NCBI GenBank assembly: GCA_951406725.2
Contig: OX597815.1
Coordinates: forward strand, 31,310,001-31,374,000
Length of the DNA: 64,000 bases
Origin: Octopus vulgaris
Taxonomy: Eukaryota
Direction: 5' to 3'
Numbering within the stretch: position 1 is the first letter of the stretch; the number at the start of each line of letters is the position of its first letter. The notes below the pieces were generated by a model. The model searched no databases. It was not told the origin of the DNA and worked only from the letters and a program-made list of their open reading frames with translations. Made by a program: the position numbers and the translations under genes. Below are positions 26,398 to 39,720 of this stretch, in pieces.

Positions 26398-26494
26398 GTG
26401 CTCGCAGGATTTTTTGTATGTACGTTAGTATGCACATACGAATATGCACACTCACAGTCAGGGATGTATATTTTCTTGGTTCACATATACCACC

Positions 26495-26827
26495 CACACA
26501 CACACATACACACACACACATACATACGTACGTACATACATACATACACACATACATACATACATACATACATACATACATACATAAATACATATATACA
26601 TAGACACATACATGCATACATACATACATACACACCCATACATACGTACGTACATCCGTACGTACATACATACATACATACATACATACATGCATACATA
26701 CATACATACACACACACATACATACATACATACATACATACATACATACATACACACACACATACGTACGTACATACATACATACATACATACATACATA
26801 CATGCATACATACATACATACATACAT

Positions 26828-26860
<33 letters not shown>

Positions 26861-26912
26861 TACGTACATACATACATACATACATACATACATACATACA
26901 TACATACATACA
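26495..26912. repeat. Long (CATA)n compound microsatellite
   Basis: Direct inspection. Confidence 0.95.
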
Positions 26913-27160
26913 CAGAGAACAAGTTCATACATCATGCATGTTGCAAAGAGAGCCTCTTTGCAGCAAGTATCTGTTACTCGGGAAGCGAGTAATAACAGCC
27001 GAATCAGCTTCAAATTACAGTCTACTCTCTTTAAAAAATAGAAGGATACAGTATGTGCTTCACCGCCCCGCCACATCATGCGACGTGGTGATTATGGGTG
27101 GAATGTCGTTGATCGTAGATGACTAGAAGTTAAACAACCTCCTCCACAAAAACAGTAACA

Positions 27161-27352
27161 GTGGAAGCGCAATGGCCCAGTTGTTAGGGCAGCAGACACG
27201 CGGTCCTAAGAACGCGGTTTCGATTCCCAGACCGGGCATTGTGAGTGTTTATTGAACAAAATCACCTGAGCTCCACGATGCTCCGGCGGGGCGGGCAAGT
27301 GAACCCCACTGTACTCTTTCACCACAACTTTCTCTCACTCTTTCTTCCTATT
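27161..27352 (+). mobile_element. SINE family C, 3'-truncated
   Basis: Matches the 5' part of 9436-9817. Confidence 0.8.
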
Positions 27353-28034
27353 TCTACCACAAAGCAGAGGAACCATGGTGTAACCCACACTATGGTGTGG
27401 TAAACTTTCAGTCCCTAGTCTAGATTGCGAATCCTCTGTACCCCAGGATGGTTCAGCTCTCCACCCGTTACAAGCCACTGCTTACGGAATGAGTATAACA
27501 ACGTATCTTTCGCGCCCGTGCAACGGCCAGTCTATCGCATGTGGTGGGTGGATCTTCAAGCTGCCACACGCATTCTTAGTAGCTTAGAGTAGGCTTGAAT
27601 TAGAGATTATTCTTTGTGGCTAATGGCGTGAGTCTTGATTGGAAGAAGAAGAAGAAGAAGAAGAAGAAGAAGAAGAAGAAGACAACAGCAACACAATATA
27701 ATGACCAACGACATCAATATCAATATCAGCCGAGAAACAGAGTGTCATAATTGCAAGCATGGTCGAATGATTAAGAAGTTTTCTTTCCAGTCGAGAGTTC
27801 TCAGGTTCGTCCAGCTGTATGGCATTTTAAGTGTCTTTTACTAAGTTCGCGAATCGAACCCGATTATAAGGTGTGAAAGCAGGCCGCCGGAAACTCTGGA
27901 GATTCTTTGAATGAACTCTACTGATCGTCAATGAATCTGCCTAAAAATTACGTGAAGCGTTCAAATATGTGTTGAATACTATTCTCACAAAAAACTTAAC
28001 CTATCATGAGATATTTTTTTTAAAAAATCAAATA

Positions 28035-28201
28035 TAGGCGCAGGAGTGGCTGTGTGGTAAGTAGCTTGCTAACCAACCACATGGTTCCGGGTTCAGTCCC
28101 ACTGCGTGGCACCTTGGGCGAGTGTCTTCTACTATAGCCTCGGGCCGACCAAAGCCTTGTGAGTGGATTTGGTAGACGGAAACTGAAAGAAGCCTGTCGT
28201 A

Positions 28202-28252
<51 letters not shown>

Positions 28253-28470
28253 TTGTGTGTCTGTGTTTGTCCCCCTAGCATTGCTTGACAACCGATGCTG
28301 GTGTGTTTATGTCCCCGTTACTTAGCGGTTCGACAAAAGAGACCGATAGAATAAGTACTGGGCTTACAAAAGAATAAGTCCCGGGGTCGAGTTGCTCGAT
28401 TAAAGGCGGTGCTCCAGCATGGCCGCAGTCAAATGACTGAAACAAAGTAAAAGAGTAAAAGAGTAAAGAG
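28035..28470 (+). mobile_element. SINE family B, full length
   Basis: Head GGCGCAGGAGTGGCTGTGTGGTAAG...GGTTCAGTCCC; internal (TA)n(TG)n; tail with (AGTAAAAG)n. Confidence 0.92.
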
Positions 28471-29058
28471 GAGTATAAATTAAGAAAAAAACCTTATTTA
28501 AATGCCTGAAGCGAAATCTCGTTTTTGATATCCCTGAGGTATTTTTGTAGCACCTGATCGCAGTAAAGTATCTTACTACTGTAAGCACAAACGACTTAGG
28601 GGCAGGTCTACAACGGTGAATAGTAAACTTGTGGTAATTGTTCGTAGTGAATGACTAACTATTTTGGGTATAGAAAATCGGATCGAAAAGATATAGCTAA
28701 CTCTAGAGAACTTGACTGGGATTTGTAATAAATAGACACGGGAGAATATATGATAGTTAAAACACATGCCAGTGGAATATAAAACAATCCTAACGCTTTG
28801 TACCTAAGAAATATAAAGAATTCGGTGAATCATCAGATTCGCGTTTCCCATCCGTTGTTCCAGAGAATTCTAGGATTCTGTGAGAGGCTGCTAAGAGTTC
28901 CAGGGAAAATACTGATAAATGGACTAATTAAATGCAAATGTGATTTTCAGTTTGTGTGTGTGTATATATATATGTGTGTGTATATATATATGTGTGTGTG
29001 TTTGTTTGTGTGTGTGTGTGTGTGTGTATGTGTATCTGTGTCTGTGTGTATGTATGTA

Positions 29059-29567
29059 TGGAGGCGCAATGGCCCAGTGGTTAGGGCAGCGGACTCGCGG
29101 TCGTAGGATCGCGGTTTCGATTCCCAGACCGGACATTGTGAGTGTTTATTGAGCGAAAACACCTAAAGTTCCACAATGCTCCGGCAGGGGGTAGTGGTGA
29201 ACCCTGCTGTACTCTTTCACCACAACTTGCTCTCATTCTTTCTTCCGGTTTCTGTTGTATCTGTATTTCAAAGGGCCAGCTTTGTCACACTCTGTTTCAC
29301 GCTGAATATCCCCGAGAACTACGTTAAGGGTACACGTGTTTGTGGAGTGTTCAGCTACTTGCACGTTAATAAATGAGCTGCGACGTCACTGGTGCCAAGC
29401 TGTATCAGCCTTTGCCTTTCCCTTGGATAACACTGGTGGCGTGGAGAGGGGAGGCTGGTATACATGGGCGACTGCTGGTCTTCCATAAACAACCTTGCAC
29501 AGACTTGTGCCTCGGAGGGTAACTTTCTAGGTGCTATCCCATGGTTATTCATCACCGAAGGGGGTCA
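29059..29567 (+). mobile_element. Chimeric SINE: family C 5' part joined to a family D-type 3' part
   Basis: 29059-29369 matches 9436-9746; 29370 onward matches 58862-58935 (AAATGAG.TGCGACGTCACTGGTGCCAAGCTGTATC). Confidence 0.8.
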
Positions 29568-29590
29568 CAACAAAAATGTATGTATATATA

Positions 29591-29672
<82 letters not shown>

Positions 29673-29779
29673 GTATAATTCCTTATACATAATTTTATTA
29701 TACGTTCATGGCAATGAGACAAGTGGGAGAATTATTACAGCACCGGAAAATATACTTCACGTTATTTATTCTGACACTT

Positions 29780-29930
29780 TAGGTTCCGAGTTCTAATCTT
29801 GCCCAGGTCCACTTTGCCTTTCATCCTTTCGGGGTCGATAAAATAAGTACCTGTAGCTTATTGGGGTCGAAGTAGTTGACTTACACCCTTCGCTGAAATT
29901 GCTGGCTTTGTACCTAAATAGGAATCAATT
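29780..29930 (+). mobile_element. SINE family A (tail A2), 5'-truncated
   Basis: ACTTTGCCTTTCATCCTTTCGGGGTCGATAAAATAAGTACC central domain. Confidence 0.75.
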
Positions 29931-30682
29931 ATATACCCACGTTATATTCCTCTAAGAAGGTAAATCCTGGTACATCTGTAGGTATTAAGATGATCCAATG
30001 AGGAAAATGACCTCATCATAGGGAATTCTAGAAGAATTTGATTGATACGAAATTCGTTAAAATCTATTTTTTTGCTGTTCTTTTTCCTTTTCTTTACTTT
30101 TTTTTTCTTTTTGTGGCGTCAAATGGATTTAGTACTGTCAAGCTTTTCAAAGACATTTTTATGATTTGCTTAATTAATTTCTCATGAAATTTAAGTTTAT
30201 GAAAAAAAGAGAGTAAAAGAAAAGGGTGTAAAGAAATTTAATATTATTTATATAGGATTTCCCTGAAATATGGAATGAATTTCAAGGGTTCCCCAAGATC
30301 CCCAAGAGTAAATAACATTGAGGAACGTTCCATTAAATATTCAGAATAATATATCAAATTTTGATATGTACGCCTTAATTTTTTTATGTTCATTCCGTTT
30401 ACATTACATGATAGATGTATGTTTGTGTGTGACTGAGTGTGTGTGTAAAAAGTGAAAGATCATGTTTAAGATATTAATTACATCATTCTACGTACGTTTC
30501 ATTAACACAAAGTGATTAATAGTCATAAAAAGCTATATAATCAAGACTTACTGCCAAACCATCAGAGACATGTAAGTTTTATAAGATTGTGTTGGATTAT
30601 AGAAATATTAACAGAATCAATCATCATCATGATAGCGAATGACTAGTGTAATGGTGTAACTAAATATCTTATAAACAGTCTA

Positions 30683-31108
30683 CTCTCTCTTTTACTCTTT
30701 TACTCTCTTTTACTTGTTTCAGTCATTTTGACTGCGGCGATGCTGGAGCACTGCCTTTAGTCGAGCAAATCGACCCCGGGACTTATTCTTTGTAAGCCCA
30801 GTACTTATTCTATCGGTCTCTATGCCGATCCGCTAAGTGACGGGGACGTAAACACACCAGCATCGGTTGTCAAGCAATGTTAGGGGGACAAACACACACA
30901 CACAAACACACATATATATATATATATATATATACATATATACGACAGGCTTCTTTTCAGTTTCCGTCTACCAAATCCACTCACAAGGCATTGGTCGGCC
31001 CGGTGCTATAGCAGAAGACACTTGCCCAAGATGCCACGCAGTGGGACTGAACCCGGAACCACGTGGTTGGTTAGCAAGCTACTTACCACACAGCCACTCC
31101 TGCGCCTA
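30683..31108 (-). mobile_element. SINE family B, full length
   Basis: Reverse-complement match to 28035-28470. Confidence 0.92.
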
Positions 31109-32002
31109 TGTGTTTTGTTTATTATTCACACGCACTCTGTGAAACACCCAATCCCTAGATTCATAACAGGAGATACAAAATACAATAACACGAGCGCGGA
31201 TATACCCGGAGATCTAAATCCTGGTAATTTGGCACACAATTTCAAATAAGCAACAGCAATTTTTAGAATAGAAAAAGCACATTGAATAATTTAATTCTAG
31301 ATACATTGTACTTGGATTAATTGGCAAAATTATTAATTTTTACTTTTTTAAAAACCTGATTAACACAGATCAAGTGTGTATCAACTTCGCAGGAATGCTT
31401 TTGATCGTAGGTCAACTCAAATAGGGCGGACCTGCTGACCTGGGGTTAATCATTCAACAACAACAAAATCTTTAATAGCAATAAGAAGGAAGGATACATT
31501 AAGCGACGTCGTAGTCACTGTCATACGATAAATAAATAAATAAATAAATAAATAAAACGTGGTCACGGCTGCGGCATCTTTCATTGTAGATCCGCTCTGT
31601 TAGGTGAAACAGCATCAGAAACACTCTCATCCTGTTATCTCTCGTTTCTAAATCCTACACTTAACACAAGGGTCAAACCGATAAAGAGTACGATAAAGGG
31701 TGTGTGCGTCAGAAGCAGATGGTGTGAAATACTGAAATCTATTAATTCTACATCAATTGTAACTTACTATGGATGTCGGTCAAGAACGTGGTAGAGGAGG
31801 CAGTGGGCGCGCCGTTTTGTTTTCTGTTTTATTTTGGAAACTGAGTGTCTTTAATGGCAATACTTTAGTAATATAGCAATATAATTAATTAGTCGATCAT
31901 CATAAGCTGACTGGGGTACTTGGAAGTTAACAGAGTTCAAATCTTGTCTAGGTCAACTTTCGTCCTTTCATCTTTGCGAGGTCGATAAAGTACTGGCAGA
32001 GA

Positions 32003-32147
32003 TTCTTCTTCTTCTTCTTCTTCTTCTTCTTCTTCTTCTTCTTCTTCTTCTTCTCCTCCTCCTTCTTCTTCTTCTTCTTCTTCTTCTTCTTCTTCTTCTT
32101 CTTCTTCTTCTTCTTCTTCTCCATTCCTCTTCCTTCTTCTTCTTCTT

Positions 32148-32178
<31 letters not shown>

Positions 32179-32481
32179 TCCTTCTTCTTATCCTCCTTCT
32201 TCTTCTCCTTCTCCTTATTCTTCTCCTTCTTCTTCTTCTTCTTCTTCTTCTTCTCCTTCTTCTTCTTCTTCTTCTTCTTCTCCATTCCTCCTCCTTCTTC
32301 TTCTTCTTCTTCTTCTTCTCCTCCTCCTTCTTCTCCTTCTCCTTCTTCTCCTTCTCCTTCTTCTTCTTCTTCTTCTTCTTCTCCTCCTCCTCCTCCTTCT
32401 TCTCCTCCTTCTCCTTCTCCTTCTTCTTCTTCTTCTTCTTCTTCTTCTTCTCCCCACCCCACCCCTCTCTCTCTCTCTCTT
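32003..32481. repeat. Long polypyrimidine (CTT)n/(CCT)n tract
   Basis: Direct inspection. Confidence 0.95.
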
Positions 32482-32889
32482 TGCAAGAAATGAACTGCAG
32501 TCAGAACTGGAGAGCCATGGGTTCCGCCATGTTTAGATGCCAAAGGTACATCATGTATAAACTACGCCATTCCATTTGCCTTGTCTTAGGCCTTAGAGTT
32601 ACAGGCCCAAGTCAAGTTTGCTCCACATATTTAGTGCGGAATCACCAGAGTGTCAGGAAAAATTATTTTACAGCAATTGTCTCAACTATTTACGCTCTGA
32701 GTTCAAATCCTAAAGTTGTTTCGGCTATAACCTTCGCATCATATTTTTTTCCTAACTTTGTAACCATGGACTAAATTATCTAATGCGTCTATTTTTTTCA
32801 GGTCGAGTATAATTTGCAAGTTACTTTGTTAAGTCTAAAAAAAGTATAATTGAAGACAAGAAGAACATTTTTTATCTCTCTATAAACAT

Positions 32890-33640
32890 GAGAGTTGATT
32901 CAACAGAGACATGTCAACCGTCTAGTTTACAAAATTTTACTTTCATTGAAGACAATGGTCAGCTACCAGTTGACACTAAGAATGGTTATGTCAAAATACA
33001 ATTACAAACACAAAGAAAAGAAAAATGTGGAGTAATAATCGAGACATCTCCAGAAATGTTATTGAAAGATTATATTAGGCTTTCATCAAATAATACAAGC
33101 CATAAATAGCTTTCTGAACGTGTTATCATAGCTCGCAAAAATAACATGGATGATATTAATTTCGTTACCATTCAACAGTCATAAACCTATTTCAGATAAT
33201 ACAAGTCAGTGGACACTCCCAGTGGACGATGGCTGTCAACAACCCAACAAAGTTTCTCAGTTCTCTTCATCTTACTGCTCTCTCACTCTGCAAACAGCAT
33301 GTAGGATTAAGCATTATGTTGTTAGGAAATTTGGATGCACCAAAACTCAATAAAATGTCCGAGACAAACTGTCAGCACTCCTATTCTCCAAATGATTGAA
33401 GCCACAATTATGTCTGGTTGTACTAAGGGAGATTTTAGATCATCAAATATGCCATTTCAGTTCAAGTGCCTTCATTTTTCAGTCGGCCATTTTCTATGAA
33501 AAGCAACAAGACTCAGGGACTATCCCTTAGGATTGCTAAGCTGAAGTGACGAGATTTTACTCTTGGTCTGTTCTAAGCGACATACTCTGGATCAAGTAGA
33601 TCTTTTTATTAGAGCCTCAAACCGCAGGACAAAATAATAA
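32890..33640 (+). pseudogene. Degenerate Helitron PIF1-like helicase C-terminal region
   Basis: Across frameshifts: NGQLPVD, LSERVIIARKN, YKSVD, IMLL.NLDAPKL, IEATIMSG, MPFQFK, NKTQGLSL (compare NKAQGQSL). Confidence 0.75.
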
Positions 33641-34079
33641 AAAAAAAACATTTCTGGAAGAATTGATTGTAATTTTCTTATTTAAGAATGACGAGGAAAT
33701 ATATAAAGTGAAACCTTAAGCTAGTATTTTCTTAAGTCACAAACATTAACAAACACAGTCTTAAAAATTTCACATCACAGAAGCTTAGTAAAATTCAACT
33801 TCAGATGTGTATCTACATTATCATAAAATATATATCATAAAAATGCTTCTACATATCCAGCATGCTGGCAACATTACAACATCAACAATGTCTGCTGAAC
33901 TATTAAGTTCTGGGAACAGAGATAACTTAAGTATTGGTAGTGAAAATAGAAGCAATCGATAAATTTGGTGTCTTGGAAATAATTTTTAAAAACATGTAAT
34001 TGTATAATCAAAGCTTTAGGATTTACAAATATTACGCAACGTATAGAAAGCAAAAGAGCACAAATCCATACAATAAGAA

Positions 34080-34855
34080 ATGTTGTCTACCCCCAAAGCT
34101 TTTTCTGAATAGAACAGATTTCTAGTGGGAATAGACACTGCTCACTTATCAAGAAGGGCATTTTTAGCCTAAGTGAAAAAACTTTCGAAAGTAAAGACAC
34201 TGCTTGTTTGATAAAATTAAAACTAACTACTACAATAGAAAATATCCTAAAGAAACAACGGTTGTCCTGTACAACTGAAATTCTATTCTAGCATCCACAG
34301 TGCATTTTATGATACTCAATCACCTCATATTTGCAACGATCATACCTGACCAATAGAGAAAATAACATTCTATCAAAATTAAACAACCCTGCAGTTTACA
34401 CAATTTATATATGAAATATTCAATGTGACGGACACAAAAATTTAGACTCTTATCACCAACAATAAATCACAATATGCAAACCACTGGATAACTATTATAT
34501 TTACAAATTCATATGTAAATATCGAAGTTGTATACTTGATAATTAGCTATTGCATTAAATATTCAGGTACAACACTTTTCGCTTCTTGAATATGCATCTA
34601 CATAAAAGAGTAATTACATTACATTATATTATACAACACAGAAAATAGAATTAGTTCAAAAAAATAATATTGCTAATAATATAACTAATTTTTATACAAT
34701 ACTCTCTCCGGTTCAATCAAGGAAAATGGAAAATAGATTTGTCTTGAAAACTATATGAATAGCAAAAATATGACGCAAAATTCAACGCATATAATGCATC
34801 CTAGCAACAAACTAAATCTAGACAAGACGGTCAAATTATTTCCTGGCTGCTGAAT
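34080..34855 (+). pseudogene. Degenerate Penelope-like element remnant (RT C-terminus to GIY-YIG start)
   Basis: Fragments LIKK/RAF, IENILK.NGCP (compare L..NGYP) and NYYIYKFIC resemble Penelope ORFs; heavily frameshifted. Confidence 0.45.
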
Positions 34856-35199
34856 AAAATCTGACGTCAACGACGAAAAAATATTGAGTGCGGTGACAAT
34901 CACTTAAGAATAGTTACAATGACCTTCCCATGATTCTCGTCTACGATAACAATAACAACGAGAGGTCGTCTAAGTGGCCAATCTACCTGCTAGAAATAGT
35001 AGTAGATATTCGTCAAAACATCATACAGCTTTGGAAAAGGAAAGAAATATTGAATATTGTTGGGTCTCTCAGATACAGTATTTCTCAAATAAGGTGAGGT
35101 GGTCATGGTTTAAATACCTTTTATCATGGATGAATTAGATTTTTCTCTACGGTAGCGATTTGGCAGAAACATTAGAGCGTAGCATCAAATATTTTCATT

Positions 35200-35405
35200 A
35201 GGCTGTGTTTGCCCCCCCCCCCAACATAGCTTGACAATCGCTGCTGGTGTGCTTGCGTCCCCGTAACTTAGCGGTTCGGCAAAAGAGACCGATAGAATAA
35301 GTACTAGGCTTACAAAGAATAAGTCCTGGGATCGATTTGCTCGACTAAAGGCGGTGCTCCAGCACGGCCGGAGTCAAATGACTGAAACGAGTAAAAGAGT
35401 AAAAA
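35200..35405 (+). mobile_element. SINE family B, 3' half
   Basis: Match to family B 3' domain and tail. Confidence 0.85.
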
Positions 35406-35739
35406 GTATTCATGTCAAGGTAACAACACCACCACACTCCCTTTAATCATGATTGTTCATAATTATAGAATATTTATATATATAGACAGAGATAGATAGA
35501 TAGATACATACATAAATACATACATACATACATACATACATACATACATACATACATACATACATACATACATACAAACATACATACATACGTACGTACA
35601 TGCATACATACATACATACATACATACATACATACATACATACATACATACATACATACATACATACATACATACATACATACATACATACAGGCCACCA
35701 ACAACATTATAACGCCTGAGCAGGTCTAAAACTTAGCAT

Positions 35740-35930
35740 GGAATATCGACAAGTTTATGACATCTCACTTCGAAGGCTACCTCCATACAATTAAGAACAA
35801 GAGGCATATAAGGCGATGATACCATTGACAAGTGCAATGCGCACAAAAGGATGGAGAAGTTTAAAGAAGGGAAAAACCAGCATTGAAGACAAATCACGCT
35901 GCAGAGACCACCGCCAACTGCGAAAATTGA
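35740..35930 (+). pseudogene. mariner transposase N-terminal HTH remnant
   Basis: GDDTIDK...KFKEGKTSIEDKSRC resembles the mariner FK.G..S.ED..RSGRP motif. Confidence 0.6.
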
Positions 35931-36959
35931 CACGAATACCGAGGTCAGATATAGTTTGCTCCAGACGGGTTGCTATATACCCTGCTGTTGCTCCAATAAT
36001 AATAGGTATGAAGCTGAAAGTGTGTCTTAGCTACTGGATTTTCAATCTCCTTATCAATGGTTCATAGATGTCGTTTTTCTCTTGCGTTTTTCTGATCACA
36101 CTAGTGTCCAGAGGGCAGCTGATTTCCACTACAGAACATATCTATTCCTTGTGGTCAGACAAACAATATTTGGCTGATTGTGTTTTTACTTGTTTGCTTT
36201 AACTTGTAGCAGAAGATAATTGCCAATGGTAAAGTGCAGTTAATTAAAATCTAATAATAACATTTAGCTAACGCGTCGCTGATGTGGGCCTAACAAAACC
36301 AAAATATCTCTGTGCTGTCAAAGATCCGGCTTACTCTCTATTTCATTTTATTTCTAATTATATTTTCATTAATTTAAATTTCGGTGTTACCTCCCCTTGC
36401 TTTTTGAAAAGAGTTAATTATTAAGATAATTACTTTTCTGTTCACCATAGTTTCATTTCCATAGATTCATGAATTGCAATTTCTTGCCTCACCACATCCG
36501 GGATGTTGGAACCCACGTAAATAATTTTATGTACATATAATTCAATTAATTTTTTAGTATATTTAGCACGGGGCGCAATAAAATAATTATGGAGTGAGAA
36601 AACGTTAGTTACAGAGCAACTGACGTAGAATCTCGCCAAATTACAAATCCAGCCAGGACAGATGTTTTGCCTTTCAGCTCTCCAGAGCCGATAAAAGAAA
36701 CACAAGTGAAACACTGGTCTAACTGTAATGGACTTTACCCCCACCCCCAATTGTAAGACCTTGTGTCGATGTGAGAAATGAGCGCTTTTTTTTCATATTT
36801 TCAGCAAATAAGGGAGAAAACTACGGACATGTTCCTGTATTATTCAAGACTACATTATGTACAGTTTATGTGTTTCTATGAACATACGCGTGAGTATGAG
36901 AATGGATGGATGGCTAGAATGGCAAACCCATAAATTCACAAAATAGGAGATAAACACTC

Positions 36960-37002
36960 AGTAGGGCAAATAGATGAATAGCAGACGAACAGGTACATAT
37001 AT

Positions 37003-37063
<61 letters not shown>

Positions 37064-37305
37064 ATTAATAAATAAAACATATGCATATATACATACATAT
37101 ATGTACGTACTACATCTATATGTATATATACATGCATATATGGGTACAGGACACCAAAAAAACGTCGAACACAATGAGAAACGAAAACATAAACACAAAA
37201 CCAAGGAAATGGACATTCTTCTTAAACAACGAAAAAATATAGTACAAGACATACAACACAAGGAAAATTCCCCTTCTTCAGCCGCCTCTGTTTCATCTAC
37301 TCCGC
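36960..37305 (-). repeat. Unclassified interspersed repeat family E, partial copy
   Basis: Homologous to 37441-37700, 51870-52330 and 54565-54955. Confidence 0.8.
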
Positions 37306-37338
<33 letters not shown>

Positions 37339-37440
37339 TGTATGTATGTATGTATGTATGTATGTATGTATGTATGTATGTATGCATGTATGTATGTATG
37401 TATGTATGTATGTATGTATGTATGTATGTATGTATGTATA

Positions 37441-37700
37441 TTTCGAAACGCGGAGTAGATGAAACAGGGACAACTGAAGAAGGGGAATATTCTTTATGTT
37501 GTATGTCTCGTTTCTCTGGGGTTTTTTTTCGTTGTATGAAAAAAGTTCGTTTCTATGATTTTGTTTTCATGTTTTCGTTTCTCATTGTGTTCAACGTCTT
37601 TTTGATGTCCTGTTCTCATATATGCATGTATATATGTACGTATATTTGTAGCTATATACATATATGTATGTATATATATTCATATATTTATATATTATTT
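37441..37700 (+). repeat. Unclassified interspersed repeat family E, partial copy, head-to-head with 36960-37305
   Basis: GCGGAGTAGATGAAACAG...CTGAAGAAGGGGAAT...; separated from the inverted partner by (TATG)n. Confidence 0.8.
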
Positions 37701-37777
37701 ATAATATAAATATATATATATATATATTCTGCTTTATCATTTCTCCACGTGCAGTTAACACAACCCCACCATTTATT

Positions 37778-37877
<100 letters not shown>

Positions 37878-37993
37878 TATATATATATATATACATACAC
37901 ATACACACATAAATACAGGCAAATATATAAAGATATATATACATATATATGGGAGAGAGAGAGAGTGTGAGAAAGAGAGCGACTAACAAACAA

Positions 37994-38072
<79 letters not shown>

Positions 38073-38243
38073 TTTAGATAGATAGATAGATAGATGTAGA
38101 CTGTTGGGAACTTTGAAAACATTTACTAAGTTTGTTGGGACAAGAAATGTCTATGCGTTAATGTTTACGAGTGTTGACAGAGAAGAACGTGTGGTTGGTT
38201 ATGTTAGTAACGGTGACGAATGTGTGTAAGAGTGTGTGCATCT

Positions 38244-38300
<57 letters not shown>

Positions 38301-38492
38301 AGAGAAGGTGAGGGAGAGAGTTGAGTGGCCAGTGAAAGAGAGTTGAGTGGCTAGTGTGTACGTGTGTTCGATTATGTGAGTTGTATATCTGCACTACGAG
38401 CACTTCTGTGTTTATGAAAATGTGCATTTGTCCATGTGAGAGCATATGTGTATGTGCCAGCGCATGTGTGTGCGTGTGTGTGTGTGTGTGTG

Positions 38493-38538
<46 letters not shown>

Positions 38539-39235
38539 ATGAGAGCGTGTGTTACTGCTTATGCTTTGGTGCGAGTGAGTGAGTGTGCATGATTTAACGT
38601 TGTATATTGACAAACTGACAGAGGAGTGAAAGGAGAGAGAGAGAGAGAAAAAAAAGGGAGTACGAGTGTTTGTTCATGTGTGGGTTTTTTTAAGTGTATA
38701 TTTGGTTCTATGTATTTGTGAGAAATAAAGGGTAGGGCTTTGAGAGGAAAAAAAAAATAGAACGAAGGATAGGAAAACAGAATAGGAAGAAAAAGGAGAT
38801 TTGGTAGGACGAAAGGCATTGTATGATATTTATGTATATTTTGGTGGGGCGGTAAGACGTGAAGAAAAAAAGAGGAAAGGAAGAAGAAAAGGAAGGAAGG
38901 AAGGAAGAGAGTAAGGAGAGAAGAAAGGAAGAAATGTAAATATGACAAAATATAAAAAAAAAAGCAAAGGAGCGGCGTTAGGAAGAAGATAAAGTGTTGT
39001 GTGAAAGATGAAGGAAAAAGTATAGAAATGTAGATAAAAAGATGAGGTGTTGGTGGTGAAAATAGATTTGGAAAGCAAAACATAGAAGCGATGGAAAAGT
39101 TGACGATGTGAATGCGAAAGAAAACAAAATGGAGTGAAAGAAAGAATTAAAAGGAAAGATGAAGAAGGTGAGGATCTGGGATGGAAGTATTGGAACATGG
39201 AAGATAGATAGATAGATAGATAGCAAAAGAGAGGG

Positions 39236-39297
<62 letters not shown>

Positions 39298-39309
39298 CAA
39301 AAGAGAGGG

Positions 39310-39359
<50 letters not shown>

Positions 39360-39518
39360 CAAAAGAGAGGGAGAGAGAGAGAGCGAAGGAGTGAGAGGGA
39401 GAGAGAGCGAAGGAATGAGAGAGAGAGAGTAGGGGTAGGGCGCGAAAGGAAAATAAAAGGAATGAAGAGAAGAAAATGTGTTCCCCGCCAACCCTTCGTT
39501 GGTGCATTTGAAAAAGGT

Positions 39519-39535
39519 GTTGTTGTTGTTGTTGT

Positions 39536-39568
<33 letters not shown>

Positions 39569-39587
39569 CGACGACGACGACGACGAC

Positions 39588-39660
<73 letters not shown>

Positions 39661-39720
39661 GTGACGACGACGACGACGACTACGACGACGATGATGTTGA
39701 TGATGATGATGATGATATTA
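39519..39720. repeat. (GTT)n(GAT)n(GAC)n compound triplet repeat
   Basis: Direct inspection. Confidence 0.95.

Noticed and set aside
37441-37500. CTGAAGA/CTGATGA plus nearby GAAA in repeat family E as a hammerhead or HDV-like ribozyme
   Set aside because: No GAAA follows the stem after CTGANGA, no stem I closes a type II fold, and the HDV P3/L3 pattern is absent.
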